DNA from: a virus | DNA length: 64,000 nt | Virus record (IMG/VR): IMGVR_UViG_3300006990_004842 | Span: 1-64,000 of that record | Reading direction: 5' to 3' (one strand) | In this document: piece by piece, positions 18,315-28,888 of the stretch | Layout of the letters: the number at the start of each line of letters is the position of its first letter | Numbering within the stretch: position 1 is the stretch's first letter | The notes under the pieces: model-generated | Databases searched by the model: none | Seen by the model: only the letters and a program-made list of their open reading frames with translations | Told to the model about the DNA's origin: nothing | Program-made: the position numbers and the translations under genes

Positions 18315-18866
18315 ATGGTTGATTCTGTAAAGAATTACGGCATTGCAGGTGTAAGTGCAAATGTAGAATTAGGCAAAGGCGGACCAAGAGTAATAAGCAG
18401 TAGTGATGATATCTCCCTATTTGCAAATGCTGATACTCTTGCCACAGCAAATATTGCGGCAGGCACCGATGATGCTCATGCTGTAACCAAAGCACAAATG
18501 GAAGAAGCAACAGGATCACGTGTACAGAATATTACTGAAACTGTTACATATGATGGTGGTAATCAATTTTTGTTTACTGTACCAGCAAACTCGACTATTC
18601 TTAGTACCATGATTGAAAAAACAACAGGTAACTGGACTAATTATAACACCACCACTGATATAACTGTTGGTGATGCTGGAAATAATAGCAGACTGTATGG
18701 TGTAGGTTTTGAACCAGATGGCTCTCAGCAAATTGATGAGACTAATCACAAATACACTGCTGAAACTGATTTGTATGCGTATGTAACACAAGGTGGTGCA
18801 TCAAGTGGTAGTGCCACAATTAGAATTATGTTTAGGGGATCGGAAGTAGATCAAACTGCTCCATAA
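18315..18866 (+). CDS. probable virion structural protein, paralogue B
   Basis: MVDSVKNYGIAGVSANVELG; AGGAG RBS. Confidence 0.65.
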   Translation: MVDSVKNYGIAGVSANVELGKGGPRVISSSDDISLFANADTLATANIAAGTDDAHAVTKAQMEEATGSRVQNITETVTYDGGNQFLFTVPANSTILSTMIEKTTGNWTNYNTTTDITVGDAGNNSRLYGVGFEPDGSQQIDETNHKYTAETDLYAYVTQGGASSGSATIRIMFRGSEVDQTAP

Positions 18867-18872
18867 TATTGT

Positions 18873-19868
18873 ATGATTTTGTCTGAGATTAGTGATTTCA
18901 AAAAACGTGAATTAGAATACGAACTAAGACACGAAAAAAATAACTATGCTGTTACCATTAATGGTAGACCATGGAAAGTTGTTGCTGATCGTAAACGTGC
19001 AGAAAAGATGGCACGTACTCTAGTTTCCAAAGGTAAAGATGCTAAAGTGGTAGTTACTGGTGCCCCTATTAGTGAAGGACCAGTTATTCCTGGTAATTTT
19101 CCTAATGCTAGAAATGACAAAATTGCTAAAGCAATGAGCAATGATCATCTTGAACTTGTTGGTGAAAAATTAAATGGTGCATTAGTTGCTGTGAAACAAG
19201 CAGTTGAAAGAGGCATGGGACCAATTGATCTTCTTGACTTACAAGATGCACTAGTCAAAGGTATCAGAGACATTAGACAATTTACTCTACCCGAAGGCAG
19301 TAAACCTCAAAAGCCAAAGCCATACGATAAAAGAAATCCAGTTGCAAAAAATATTGAAAAGTTTAATAGACCAGCAACGCACATGGACAAGAAAAAAGAA
19401 TTAAAGAAAGGCACAATCAAACACAAAGGTAAGGAATTCGAAGAAGCAGTTGATGATGGTCAGTATGTTATAAAAGTAAACATCAATGGCAGAGCAGTAG
19501 AATTTACAGGCTCACAGGGCTTATCAAAAGTACAAGCAAACGATGCTGTAGACATGCTGATATCAGGTAAGAGACCTGGTAACACACCAGATGCCGCACG
19601 ATACCTACCAAAAGATGTAATGTTGTTTAGAAATGGACAACAGATTCCTCACAATCATCAAGATCGTATAAATGAAAAAGAAAATAATTTATACAGCGAC
19701 TTGATGGCATTAGAAGCAAAGTCTAAAAAGAAGAAAACTAAAAAAGACGCCTGCTATCACAAAGTTAAATCCAGATACAAAGTTTGGCCCAGTGCTTACG
19801 CCTCAGGTGCATTAGTACAATGCAGAAAGAAAGGTGCGAAGAATTGGGGCAATAGTTCTAAAAAGTAA
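18873..19868 (+). CDS. modular basic late protein (putative head-internal)
   Basis: MILSEI tag; C-terminal KDACYHKVKSRYKVWPSAYASGALVQCR module typical of marine myoviruses. Confidence 0.65.
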   Translation: MILSEISDFKKRELEYELRHEKNNYAVTINGRPWKVVADRKRAEKMARTLVSKGKDAKVVVTGAPISEGPVIPGNFPNARNDKIAKAMSNDHLELVGEKLNGALVAVKQAVERGMGPIDLLDLQDALVKGIRDIRQFTLPEGSKPQKPKPYDKRNPVAKNIEKFNRPATHMDKKKELKKGTIKHKGKEFEEAVDDGQYVIKVNINGRAVEFTGSQGLSKVQANDAVDMLISGKRPGNTPDAARYLPKDVMLFRNGQQIPHNHQDRINEKENNLYSDLMALEAKSKKKKTKKDACYHKVKSRYKVWPSAYASGALVQCRKKGAKNWGNSSKK

Positions 19869-19879
19869 TAAATACCTAT

Positions 19880-20452
19880 ATGAAGGTAAACGATGCTTTT
19901 GCCAGAGGGCAAACTAAATTTTTCAGATTCTTTGCAGACACGTTCTTTGCAAAACGTTACGGCCATAGAGCAGTAGTTTTAGAAACTATTGCAGGTGTGC
20001 CAGGTATGGTTGCAGGCATGTGGATACACTTAAAAAGTCTACGCCAAATGAAAACTGGCTACGGTCCTACTATTAGAGAACTTCTTGCAGAAGCAGAAAA
20101 CGAACGTATGCATCTCATGTTCTTTATTGAAATAGCAAAACCTAATTGGTTTGAAAGACTACTTATACTTTTAGCTCAACTTATTTTTTGGAACTATTAC
20201 TTCATCATGTATGTGTTCTTTCCTAAAACAGCACACCGCATGGTACATTATTTTGAAGAAGAAGCAGTAAAAAGTTATCAAAGTTACCTAGACATGATAG
20301 CACATGGTGAAATTGAAAATGTGCCAGCACCTCAATTAGCAATTGATTATTATGGTTTGAAACCTGATGCCAAACTGTTCGATATGGTCTACAGGGTACA
20401 ACAAGACGAAAAGAAACACAGTGAGGTTAATTTACGTCTGTCAAACCGATAA
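19880..20452 (+). CDS. aox: alternative oxidase
   Basis: RAVVLETIAGVPGMV, HLKSLR, EAENERMHL, FEEEAVKSY, DE..H diiron motifs. Confidence 0.93.
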   Translation: MKVNDAFARGQTKFFRFFADTFFAKRYGHRAVVLETIAGVPGMVAGMWIHLKSLRQMKTGYGPTIRELLAEAENERMHLMFFIEIAKPNWFERLLILLAQLIFWNYYFIMYVFFPKTAHRMVHYFEEEAVKSYQSYLDMIAHGEIENVPAPQLAIDYYGLKPDAKLFDMVYRVQQDEKKHSEVNLRLSNR

Positions 20453-20460
20453 ATAATTGT

Positions 20461-20799
20461 ATGAAGATAACACAAATACTTTCAGAGACTATTGAAGCAT
20501 CGCAAGATCTCAATGCGTTAATGCAGGGTATCGAACACGACCTAGCAAACAGAGACAGAGAGATAGACGAAAACTTACGCAAGTGGTTCAAGGACAAATG
20601 GGTACGTTTTGGTCCTGATGGTAAAATCAGGGGTGATTGTGCCAGAGGATCAAGTTCAGAAGGCAAACCCAAATGTTTACCACAAAGCAAAGCTCACGCT
20701 CTTGGCAAAAAAGGTCGCAAGACTGCGGCAGGCAGAAAACGTCGAAAAGATCCTAACAAGAATCGCAAAGGCAAAGCCAAGAACGTTAAAACCAAATAG
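20461..20799 (+). CDS. small basic late protein (putative head-internal)
   Basis: MKITQILSE tag; ENLRKWFKDKWV...C...KPKCLP module. Confidence 0.7.
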   Translation: MKITQILSETIEASQDLNALMQGIEHDLANRDREIDENLRKWFKDKWVRFGPDGKIRGDCARGSSSEGKPKCLPQSKAHALGKKGRKTAAGRKRRKDPNKNRKGKAKNVKTK

Positions 20800-20808
20800 G
20801 AGTAATTT

Positions 20809-21009
20809 ATGGATAAGTTAAAATTAATGTATTCAATGGGCAAAGGTTGGCTAATGGCTCGCCTAGGAGAAAGAACATCTTGGGACGGTGGCATACTTGT
20901 AGCAGTATGCGGTGGCTACCTTGTGCTTGGCGGACTTATTGATTTAGTAGCATGGGCAGGTTTACTGTACGGTGCATGGACAATATGGAAAGCAGAATCA
21001 AGCAAATAA
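20809..21009 (+). CDS. small two-TM membrane protein
   Basis: AGGAG RBS; ERTSWDG then two hydrophobic helices. Confidence 0.65.
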   Translation: MDKLKLMYSMGKGWLMARLGERTSWDGGILVAVCGGYLVLGGLIDLVAWAGLLYGAWTIWKAESSK

Positions 21010-21401
21010 TTTGTTCGGTAATTTTCACTACACTCTTAATAGCAGGGTGTAGTGATTCTTCACAAGTCGGCAAAGACGGCTATAAATTTGAAAACAAAGA
21101 GTACGAAAAATTAGACTTAGAAATAAGTTTTGTACTTTTACAAGATCAAACAGAATTCAACGAGCAAGCCAAAATTTGGGCACCTGGTGTAGAAGGCTTA
21201 CAAGCATTTAGTAGACTACAACCAAAAGTTAATCGTTGCATCATATACATCAAAGATCCAGATTGGAAGTATGAGCCAGAATGGATTGGTCACGAAGTGT
21301 CACACTGCGTATGGGGTCGTTGGCACGAAAAAATAAATGCAAAGCAGGCCTCTGAAGGCCATAGACCTGAAAACTTACCTTTACCTGATTCGTCATTATA
21401 A
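20985..21401 (+). CDS. lipoprotein with HExxH motif (putative metallopeptidase)
   Basis: Lipobox IAGC; GHEVSHC..GRWH. Confidence 0.65.
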   Translation: MESRIKQIICSVIFTTLLIAGCSDSSQVGKDGYKFENKEYEKLDLEISFVLLQDQTEFNEQAKIWAPGVEGLQAFSRLQPKVNRCIIYIKDPDWKYEPEWIGHEVSHCVWGRWHEKINAKQASEGHRPENLPLPDSSL

Positions 21402-21423
21402 ATATCCTGTATAAAGGAGAATC

Positions 21424-21567
21424 ATGGCTACTAGAAGTAACAGTTATAAAAGCACTCATGTCGGTATCAAAAAAGGTACCTCTATTGGTAATAGTCCAAA
21501 ACGTATGAAGACTATGAACAAAAGCAAAAAGAGATCTTTTAAGAAATATCGCGGACAAGGTAAGTAA
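21424..21567 (+). CDS. 47-aa basic peptide ending KKYRGQGK
   Basis: TATAAATA at 21397-404, AAGGAG RBS; not in ORF track. Confidence 0.75.
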   Translation: MATRSNSYKSTHVGIKKGTSIGNSPKRMKTMNKSKKRSFKKYRGQGK

Positions 21568-21568
21568 T

Positions 21569-22750
21569 GTGTCAGATCAAATTGAGTTCTATTCAGATTC
21601 AGTACACGTAAATGGTATTGATCCAAAATTTGGAGATGCTGGTAAAGATTTCCCAATTGACTACCCAGTAGATGCTCTCAATTTTTTTGCCATAGAGCAA
21701 AAGTACACTGACGATTGTTGTGTACTAACATCGAGTCCTAAAAGAAATTACCTATACAGTATAAAATGGTTTGCATTTAGAACTGGCGCTCAGATGCCTT
21801 CTAAGTTTTTCCATATACCCACTAATATTTTATCCGATGTCAAAGCCGGCAGATGTAAGATTGCAATCAACAATGCAACTGAAGGTGTTGATTATGACTT
21901 CACGGATACCAACTTACAACTTAAAAAGGTCAACATTAACGGCACTGACTTTTACACATTGTCAGAAGTGTTAGCAAACACATGTAAAGTATATGATTTA
22001 CAAATGGAACACTTTATATATGTGACATCAAACCTGAGACTAAAGCCAAAGATGCCTATTACAGTTGTTAAGTATGATTATCTTTTTTATAACCTGATTG
22101 ATAAAAGTTATGACTATCCTATTCTACATGATCGAGAGCACAAAATTCTCTCATTGAATAAAAAGCAAAGACCACACAGAACAAAATTTATAAATTACTT
22201 AATACAAAGTGACCAACTAGACGGGAATTGTGTTTCGGCCCATTGGTTAGATATGAGAATAAACCCTACACACGAACTTGATCCTAGGTTTCATACTCGT
22301 GAACATCACAACGATGTAGGCAATCCAGAATTGTATTTAGACAGTTATGTAAACTTTGTTAGTGAAACGTGGTTTGAAACTAGCGACCAATATGTTCATC
22401 CTGAAGAAGAGTTGGTGTTAACAGAGAAGTTAGCCAAGCCACTGATGATGAAACTGCCGTTTGTGCTGATTGGAAGAAGTGGCATGTTAGAAGAATTACG
22501 TAACAGAGGTTTCAAAACATTCATGGAATGGTGGGACGAGAGTTATGATTTAGAAACTGACAGTGACATACGTGCTGATATAATCATAGACTTATTTGAT
22601 GAGCTCAATAGTTTTTCAAAATCCGAATGGATAGAGCTCATAAAAGAAATGGAAGATATACTGAACTTTAATTATAACCATTTTATCTATCTTGCAAAAA
22701 AAGAGAACAACAATTTTGTAAAGCAGATTCTAACTATTTTTGATAAATAG
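21569..22750 (+). CDS. glycosyltransferase-like protein, paralogue 4
   Basis: LSLNKKQRPHR; NFVSET..LTEKLAKP...PF...GFKTF..WDESYD. Confidence 0.55.
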   Translation: MSDQIEFYSDSVHVNGIDPKFGDAGKDFPIDYPVDALNFFAIEQKYTDDCCVLTSSPKRNYLYSIKWFAFRTGAQMPSKFFHIPTNILSDVKAGRCKIAINNATEGVDYDFTDTNLQLKKVNINGTDFYTLSEVLANTCKVYDLQMEHFIYVTSNLRLKPKMPITVVKYDYLFYNLIDKSYDYPILHDREHKILSLNKKQRPHRTKFINYLIQSDQLDGNCVSAHWLDMRINPTHELDPRFHTREHHNDVGNPELYLDSYVNFVSETWFETSDQYVHPEEELVLTEKLAKPLMMKLPFVLIGRSGMLEELRNRGFKTFMEWWDESYDLETDSDIRADIIIDLFDELNSFSKSEWIELIKEMEDILNFNYNHFIYLAKKENNNFVKQILTIFDK

Positions 22751-22755
22751 TTTAT

Positions 22756-24612
22756 ATGAAACTATTAGATATCGGCGAAAGTATTACAACTGAATCAGTA
22801 GACTTAGATGCATTGCAATCTAGGTTATATGATCTTGAAGCGGCACAAAAACGTGCCAGAGAAATCACAAAAAATATAAAGTATGTTGATCAGCATATGA
22901 ATATTATCAGCGAACTTGAAACTCTTGCTGACGAAGTTGGCTTACAATTAGATGACTATAATGTACGTCAAGTCTACAAAGCCCAAAATAATGTAGAAAG
23001 TGCAATATACGAACTCGAAGAAGCATTTGAAGATGCAATCAGAGATGCACAAAATGCTGTTGACGATGCTGAATATGATATGGAAGAAGGCCGTATAGAA
23101 GATACATTTGGTACTAAAACCATAGACAAACATGATAAGCCTCAAAAGAAAAAGAAAAAAGAAGTTGACGAATCACTTAAAGCATTAGCAAGACATGTCA
23201 AAGAGGGTGTACCTCTAGTAGACAGTCTTTTTAGATATCAAAGCGAATCCTACTTTGATACATTTATAAAAGCCAAACAATTACGTGAAGCAGGTTCACT
23301 TCCTGAACTAGATTGGGAAAGTGAAGAAATGCTCGGTACCGACATAGGTGAAAGTGTTGCGTTGAAAGGTATTGGTAGAGTTTGGTTGGATGTTCCGTAT
23401 CTAAATGAAAGTGATGACGAATATGATGATTGCGAAGAATGCGGTGGTGATGGTATTGACCTAGACACACTTTATTATGGTTCGGACTATGACAAGGCAG
23501 GCACTGAAACTGATTGTAGTGCATGTGGTGGAACTGGGCAACAACCTAAAGAAGAAAGTGTCAATGAAGGTCCAGAGGTATTTGGAGAGAAGAAAGAAGA
23601 AGCAATGAAAATGCTGAAAATTCTTCACAAGCAATATGTACGCACAGGTCAAATAAATGCATTTGAGTTACCAGTGTTACTTAGACAGCACATGCCAGAA
23701 CTTAGTAAGCAAGAGGTTAGACAAATTACTGGTGAGTTCTTTGACAACTTCAAAGCATATGAAGAAAGCCAACAGTTTAATGAAATGTATGATAAAGATC
23801 TTATCAGCATGTTAGCAAGGTTTGAAGACGATTGTAATGAGTTTGGATATTATGGTGATACTGATGTTGTTACAATTAATAACCTAATACAACAAGATAA
23901 ATTAGAGGATGCCGCAGAAGAAATGGCTGGCGCAATGTCAGACCAAGATGGTGGCAGTGATAGATTTGATTATGTATACGACTTAGCAAAAGACACACTA
24001 GAAGATTATATGTATGAAATGTCTGAAGCAAAAGGCGATATCAGAAAAGCGGCAATGGGTGTAGGCCTAGCAGGAATGTTAGGACTAGGCATAGGTGCAG
24101 TAGACAAGAAACTTGATCAACAAGCATACAGTGCCAGTGAACAATTACCAAAACTAGAACTATACTTAGACCATGCTAAACAGCAAGGTGATCAACGTAT
24201 GGTAAAACAACTGCAAGATAGATTACGCAATCATAAATTTAGATTGGAGATGGGCAAAGGTGATGTTGTTGGTTCAAATGGTCAACCTATTGAAGTTGTT
24301 TATGATAAAGAAGGCAAAGCACAAGCACCTGTCAAAGAAGCAGAATATCAAGGTAAAAAAGTACAACTTAACAAACCAAAACGTGGTGGCAGTAAAAAAT
24401 ATTATGTTTACGTTAAAACACCTAAGGGCAATGTTAAGAAAATATCATTCGGTGACGTCACAGGACTTAAAACTAAAGCGAATAACAAGAAAGCCGCTAA
24501 GAGTTTTGCCGCAAGACACAACTGTGAAAAGAAAAATGATAAACAGAAAGCCGGTTACTGGGCATGTCGTTTACCGCGATATGGTTTAGTAAAAGGTGGT
24601 ACGTGGTGGTAA
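22756..24612 (+). CDS. large acidic modular late protein (putative head-internal)
   Basis: MKLLDIGE tag; CxxCGGxG pair; C-terminal KVQLNKPKRGGSKKYYVYV...SFAARHNC...YWAC module (DUF6321-like). Confidence 0.7.
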   Translation: MKLLDIGESITTESVDLDALQSRLYDLEAAQKRAREITKNIKYVDQHMNIISELETLADEVGLQLDDYNVRQVYKAQNNVESAIYELEEAFEDAIRDAQNAVDDAEYDMEEGRIEDTFGTKTIDKHDKPQKKKKKEVDESLKALARHVKEGVPLVDSLFRYQSESYFDTFIKAKQLREAGSLPELDWESEEMLGTDIGESVALKGIGRVWLDVPYLNESDDEYDDCEECGGDGIDLDTLYYGSDYDKAGTETDCSACGGTGQQPKEESVNEGPEVFGEKKEEAMKMLKILHKQYVRTGQINAFELPVLLRQHMPELSKQEVRQITGEFFDNFKAYEESQQFNEMYDKDLISMLARFEDDCNEFGYYGDTDVVTINNLIQQDKLEDAAEEMAGAMSDQDGGSDRFDYVYDLAKDTLEDYMYEMSEAKGDIRKAAMGVGLAGMLGLGIGAVDKKLDQQAYSASEQLPKLELYLDHAKQQGDQRMVKQLQDRLRNHKFRLEMGKGDVVGSNGQPIEVVYDKEGKAQAPVKEAEYQGKKVQLNKPKRGGSKKYYVYVKTPKGNVKKISFGDVTGLKTKANNKKAAKSFAARHNCEKKNDKQKAGYWACRLPRYGLVKGGTWW

Positions 24613-24884
24613 AACCTTACACCCAATCTCAAATATCTAAAAATAAATTTGAACGTATATTTCGTGAGCATACAAAAGATGATGAACTTGTATGGCATAG
24701 AGATCGCAAAGACAGAACAGTTAAAATTATAGAAAGCACAGGCTGGAAGTTCCAAGAAGATAATAAATTACCTGTAGAGATTAAACCAGGTGATGTAATT
24801 AACATCAAAGCAAAAGAATATCATAGAGTAATCAAGGGAACAGGAAGCCTTGTTGTAGAGATTACTGAACATGAAACTAGTTAA
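24606..24884 (+). CDS. small cupin-like conserved phage protein
   Basis: ELVWHRD..W.FQ.DN.LP..YHRVIKG; GTG start chosen. Confidence 0.6.
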   Translation: MVKPYTQSQISKNKFERIFREHTKDDELVWHRDRKDRTVKIIESTGWKFQEDNKLPVEIKPGDVINIKAKEYHRVIKGTGSLVVEITEHETS

Positions 24885-25503
24885 AACAAATAGCAAATTA
24901 AATCCTAGACGTACTTGGGGTACAGCCATAGACATTGGCTTTATACCTCATGCCAAGCACTTAGCAAACTTTGATCAAAACGGTTACGACTTAACTCCAT
25001 TAGAAAAAATGTATGCTGAAGTAAACAGTGGATACATTGGCAATACACGTTGGAGAGAAAGTATCAAACAACCTTGGTTTATAGATGAGGAACAAAGTGT
25101 AAAAGGTGTGCATCTCAATCATGCAGACTTATATGAACGTAAAGGTTATCACGGATATGCACTAGAACAATTAATGGCTCATGCTGAAGGCTTACCACTC
25201 ATACACAAAATTACACAAATGCGTCCTAAGTGGGGTATAGACATCAGCATAGACTATGTAAAATATCCTGATGTGTTTGAAGTATTTCATTTTGAGTGGG
25301 ATGATTTTGATCACGACATAGTTGCAGAAAAACAACAACACATAGAACAAATTGTGCTGAACACTGATTGGGAAGATGCCGCACAACAACTTATCAAACG
25401 CAAAGATGAATGGCATCACTTAGACTTCTTTGCACAAAGCAAATGGAAGTCAGACTTCTTTGGTGTTGAACCAGAGCAATTCAAAATGGTTGCTTGGTAT
25501 TAA
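24871..25503 (+). CDS. conserved phage hypothetical protein
   Basis: FDQNGYDL, PKWGIDISIDY; overlaps previous gene. Confidence 0.7.
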   Translation: MKLVKTNSKLNPRRTWGTAIDIGFIPHAKHLANFDQNGYDLTPLEKMYAEVNSGYIGNTRWRESIKQPWFIDEEQSVKGVHLNHADLYERKGYHGYALEQLMAHAEGLPLIHKITQMRPKWGIDISIDYVKYPDVFEVFHFEWDDFDHDIVAEKQQHIEQIVLNTDWEDAAQQLIKRKDEWHHLDFFAQSKWKSDFFGVEPEQFKMVAWY

Positions 25504-25524
25504 CACTACCTTATAAATAGTTGC

Positions 25525-26079
25525 ATGTTTGTAGAACTAATTAACAGCGACATAGATGCTGTCGCTCTGCATAATGATCTATCTAAATTACTTGCAGATC
25601 ACGATTTGTATTATCAAAATCAAATATCTATAACTAGTGTTATGGGCGATGATGACTGGACTTGCAGTATTGGTCGTAATAACTTAAAGTTCAAAGAAAG
25701 ATACTACAGCACTATAAACAAATCATTAGAAAATACCTATATGCATAGCATCATAGAAAGATATCCACAGTATTATAGATGGAGAGTACTTAAACTTTTA
25801 CCTAAGACCACATACAGTGTGCATGATGATTTTAATGGTGTTGATGATAACTTAAGATTACATGTTCCTATAACTACAAACCAAGATAGTTTTTTATGTT
25901 TCTTTGCAGGTATGCCAAGTAGTGGTAGCGAAGTAAAAGTTGCATATGAACATTTAGAATTAGGTAAAAGTTATGAAGTAAACACAACAGGATTACACAC
26001 CGCTGTAAACTACGGCACAACAGATAGATATCACTTAGTAGGAATACGTTATGAAAATAGGGATCACAGGACACACTAA
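25525..26079 (+). CDS. 2OG-Fe(II) oxygenase, Asp/Asn beta-hydroxylase-like
   Basis: YSVHDD, RLHVPI.TN, HTAVN...RYHLV. Confidence 0.75.
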   Translation: MFVELINSDIDAVALHNDLSKLLADHDLYYQNQISITSVMGDDDWTCSIGRNNLKFKERYYSTINKSLENTYMHSIIERYPQYYRWRVLKLLPKTTYSVHDDFNGVDDNLRLHVPITTNQDSFLCFFAGMPSSGSEVKVAYEHLELGKSYEVNTTGLHTAVNYGTTDRYHLVGIRYENRDHRTH

Positions 26080-26608
26080 AGGCATTGGTAAAGCATTACA
26101 TGACACACTGATCTATAAAGGTCACACTGTTTATGGCTTTAGTAGACAAAACAGTTACGATATCAGTGACCAAGAAGACCGTAATGCAATTATACATAAA
26201 GTTAAAGAATGTGATGTTTTTATAAACAATGCCTGGTTAGATTTTTACCAAGTAGATTTATTCAATGACATATTCGAACAGTGGAAAACTGATAAGACAA
26301 AAACAATCATAAACATAAACAGCAGAAGCAAATACGGCATTAGCGGTAATCCAAGTTATTCTGCTACTAAAAAAGAACTTGCAAAAGTTGCATACAAAGG
26401 AATGTTTGACATGGATAAAAAATGTCGAATCATAAATGTAAATCCTGGGTATGTTAAAACTGAAATGACCAAAAACAAACACGACACTATACCTATGTTA
26501 TCTGCTACAGAAGTAACAGACATGATATTATGGACTCTTAATCAACCTCAGCATATAGAGATTGGAGAAATAAGCATGTGGCTAACTTCTTTAGATCATG
26601 ATAAATAG
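26051..26608 (+). CDS. short-chain dehydrogenase/reductase
   Basis: ITGHTKGIG, FINNA, YSATK, PGYVKTEM. Confidence 0.9.
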   Translation: MKIGITGHTKGIGKALHDTLIYKGHTVYGFSRQNSYDISDQEDRNAIIHKVKECDVFINNAWLDFYQVDLFNDIFEQWKTDKTKTIININSRSKYGISGNPSYSATKKELAKVAYKGMFDMDKKCRIINVNPGYVKTEMTKNKHDTIPMLSATEVTDMILWTLNQPQHIEIGEISMWLTSLDHDK

Positions 26609-26613
26609 TGTAT

Positions 26614-28887
26614 ATGAAACAAGTAGTTGTATATCCAGGCAGATTCCAACCTATGTTACCGCACCATGCGGCAGTATTCACTGGGTTACAAAGCTCATTT
26701 CCTAACGCAGAAATCTATATAGCAACATCAGACAAAGTAGACTATCCCAAATCACCATTTAATTTTGCTGAAAAGAAAGCAATCATGTCTGAAATTCACA
26801 GCATACCAGCAGACAAAATACTAAATGTAAAACGTCCTTACAATGGTGACGACTACGCACAATATTTTGATGCTGATTCAACACAACTTATACTGATAGT
26901 TGGCGAAAAAGACATGCAAGCCGATGCTCGTTTTAATTTTAATAACGTAGATCCTGAATCAGGCCTCGATATGAAACTTAATGGAAGTGGGCCAAAATGG
27001 ATGCAAATGATAAATAGTATTAAGGACGGTGAGCCACTACCACTTAGTCGTAGAGGTTACTTAGCAACTGCTCCTACAGTAGAGCGTGATGGTGAAGTTG
27101 CTAGTGCAAGTGCATTCAGAAATGCATTTACAAATGCAGTAGATGGGGATCACCGTAAGGAAGTTATGAGAAATTACCTTGGCAATTTTGATCAAGGAAT
27201 ATTTAACTTACTACAAGATAAAATATTGGATAATAAAATGAGTGAAGACATTAATCGAATTAAACATTTAGCAGGATTAGACGAAGCACCAGTAAATTTT
27301 GATGACTATCAAACTGTTAGTCCTAAAGATGCTAAGGCGGCGGCTGAACGCCCTGATAAGGCAAAAGCAAGTGATCCTACTAAAGCAGAATTTTTTCCAG
27401 CAGATCCACAAATGTTTCACAGTACAATTAAGAAGAGTATTGCTAACAGAGTAGGACCTGAAGAAGATCCAAATGATCCTCAAGTAAAGAAAGATCATTT
27501 TATGATGGAACTACTTAAATCACCTGCATTATTGCTAGGTGAAATCAATGCACGTCTTAAAAATGACGATAACGGTTTAGCAGTTAGTGACAGACTAAGT
27601 GCAATTATTTCAAGTTTAGACGAAGTAGGTTCTGTTATGAATCTACCAGAAGACGACAAAAAGTTTATTATTCAACTAGTTTCAAATGCTCTTAAAAACA
27701 TGGATTTGGTAAAAGATCCTAAAGCAGATCAAGAAAGAGCTGATTACGAAAAAGAATATGAGAGTGTTGACTTATCAGATGTACGCGAAGACTATGGTAT
27801 AGAAGAAGCAGAAATCAGTGAAAGAGCTTGGGACTGGAAAAATTATGACAAAGAAGCAGGATACGATGCTAACTTTAGTTTATGGTCACAAGAAGCACAA
27901 TCCGAAAGAAGTGCATATGGTGATAAGCCATTTAGTAATGCAGAAGAAATGCATACAATATTTGCAGACATGATGAAACGTAATGGTATTAATGTCATGC
28001 AACAAAAACAGATAAGTCAAAAATTAAAGGCTCAACAACGTCAAGCAGAAATAGACAAGTATAGAGACATGAAGTTAAAAGATTTTGATGGAAAAAGATC
28101 TGCAATGAGTGAGTTGAAAAAACTTGCTGGTATTGGAATTAACGAGTTAGCAAACGAAGAACCAGACATGAGTGAAATCAAATGTCCTAACTGCGATAAA
28201 GATCACCCAGTAAGTGCAAATGCATGTCCACATTGTGGTACACCAAATCATGTTGCAGAAGGTGCAATTAAAGATCAAGCACAAGAAGACTTTGATATAC
28301 TAGCAGGCATGAAAGGGGATGGTGCTAGTGAGGAAGAAATAGAATCAAGAGCATCAGAATTAATGTTTGGTATGGACGTTTTACATGCTGTATTAAATGA
28401 CTGGGAAAGTCCTTTTGCAGATCCAGATGCAGAAGAAGAACCAGACATGGAAGAAGCGGCAAAGCCAGACTACATTGACATTGACGGCGATGGCGACAAA
28501 GAAGAGCCAATGAAAAAAGCCGTAAAAGATAAGAAAAAGAAAGAAGAAAGTTTTGATGTTGATGCAGAACAAAGCCGAGAAGAAGAAGCATACAACGAGT
28601 TAATGGATGCTTATGCACAAGGTGGCGAAGAAGCATACGCAAAAGCATGTGGTTTATCCATGGAAGAACTAGATCAGGAAATGAGTGAGATTGGCAGAGA
28701 CTTAAACTTACACATGGATGACGACAGAGATGAAATACTTCAAAGACATGCTGAAGATACTGTAGACAATGCAGATTGGAAAGACCATGGTGAACATGAT
28801 CATGACATGGGCGAAGCCATTGATGGTACAGTAGACAAAGCCATTGAAGAAGCAATGTATGAACTTAGAAAATTAGCAGGTATTTAA
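26614..28887 (+). CDS. nucleotidyltransferase-like domain fused to long acidic modular tail
   Basis: YPGRFQP, SPFNF.EK, VGEKD, SASAFR; three LAG(I/L) motifs, CPNC..CPHC, DIDGDGD. Confidence 0.7.
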   Translation: MKQVVVYPGRFQPMLPHHAAVFTGLQSSFPNAEIYIATSDKVDYPKSPFNFAEKKAIMSEIHSIPADKILNVKRPYNGDDYAQYFDADSTQLILIVGEKDMQADARFNFNNVDPESGLDMKLNGSGPKWMQMINSIKDGEPLPLSRRGYLATAPTVERDGEVASASAFRNAFTNAVDGDHRKEVMRNYLGNFDQGIFNLLQDKILDNKMSEDINRIKHLAGLDEAPVNFDDYQTVSPKDAKAAAERPDKAKASDPTKAEFFPADPQMFHSTIKKSIANRVGPEEDPNDPQVKKDHFMMELLKSPALLLGEINARLKNDDNGLAVSDRLSAIISSLDEVGSVMNLPEDDKKFIIQLVSNALKNMDLVKDPKADQERADYEKEYESVDLSDVREDYGIEEAEISERAWDWKNYDKEAGYDANFSLWSQEAQSERSAYGDKPFSNAEEMHTIFADMMKRNGINVMQQKQISQKLKAQQRQAEIDKYRDMKLKDFDGKRSAMSELKKLAGIGINELANEEPDMSEIKCPNCDKDHPVSANACPHCGTPNHVAEGAIKDQAQEDFDILAGMKGDGASEEEIESRASELMFGMDVLHAVLNDWESPFADPDAEEEPDMEEAAKPDYIDIDGDGDKEEPMKKAVKDKKKKEESFDVDAEQSREEEAYNELMDAYAQGGEEAYAKACGLSMEELDQEMSEIGRDLNLHMDDDRDEILQRHAEDTVDNADWKDHGEHDHDMGEAIDGTVDKAIEEAMYELRKLAGI

Positions 28888-28888
28888 T

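Noticed and set aside
19880-20452. PTOX implying a cyanophage
   Set aside because: Motifs are AOX-type (AGVPGM, ENERMHL) rather than PTOX-type (ARVPYF), and no photosynthesis genes are present.
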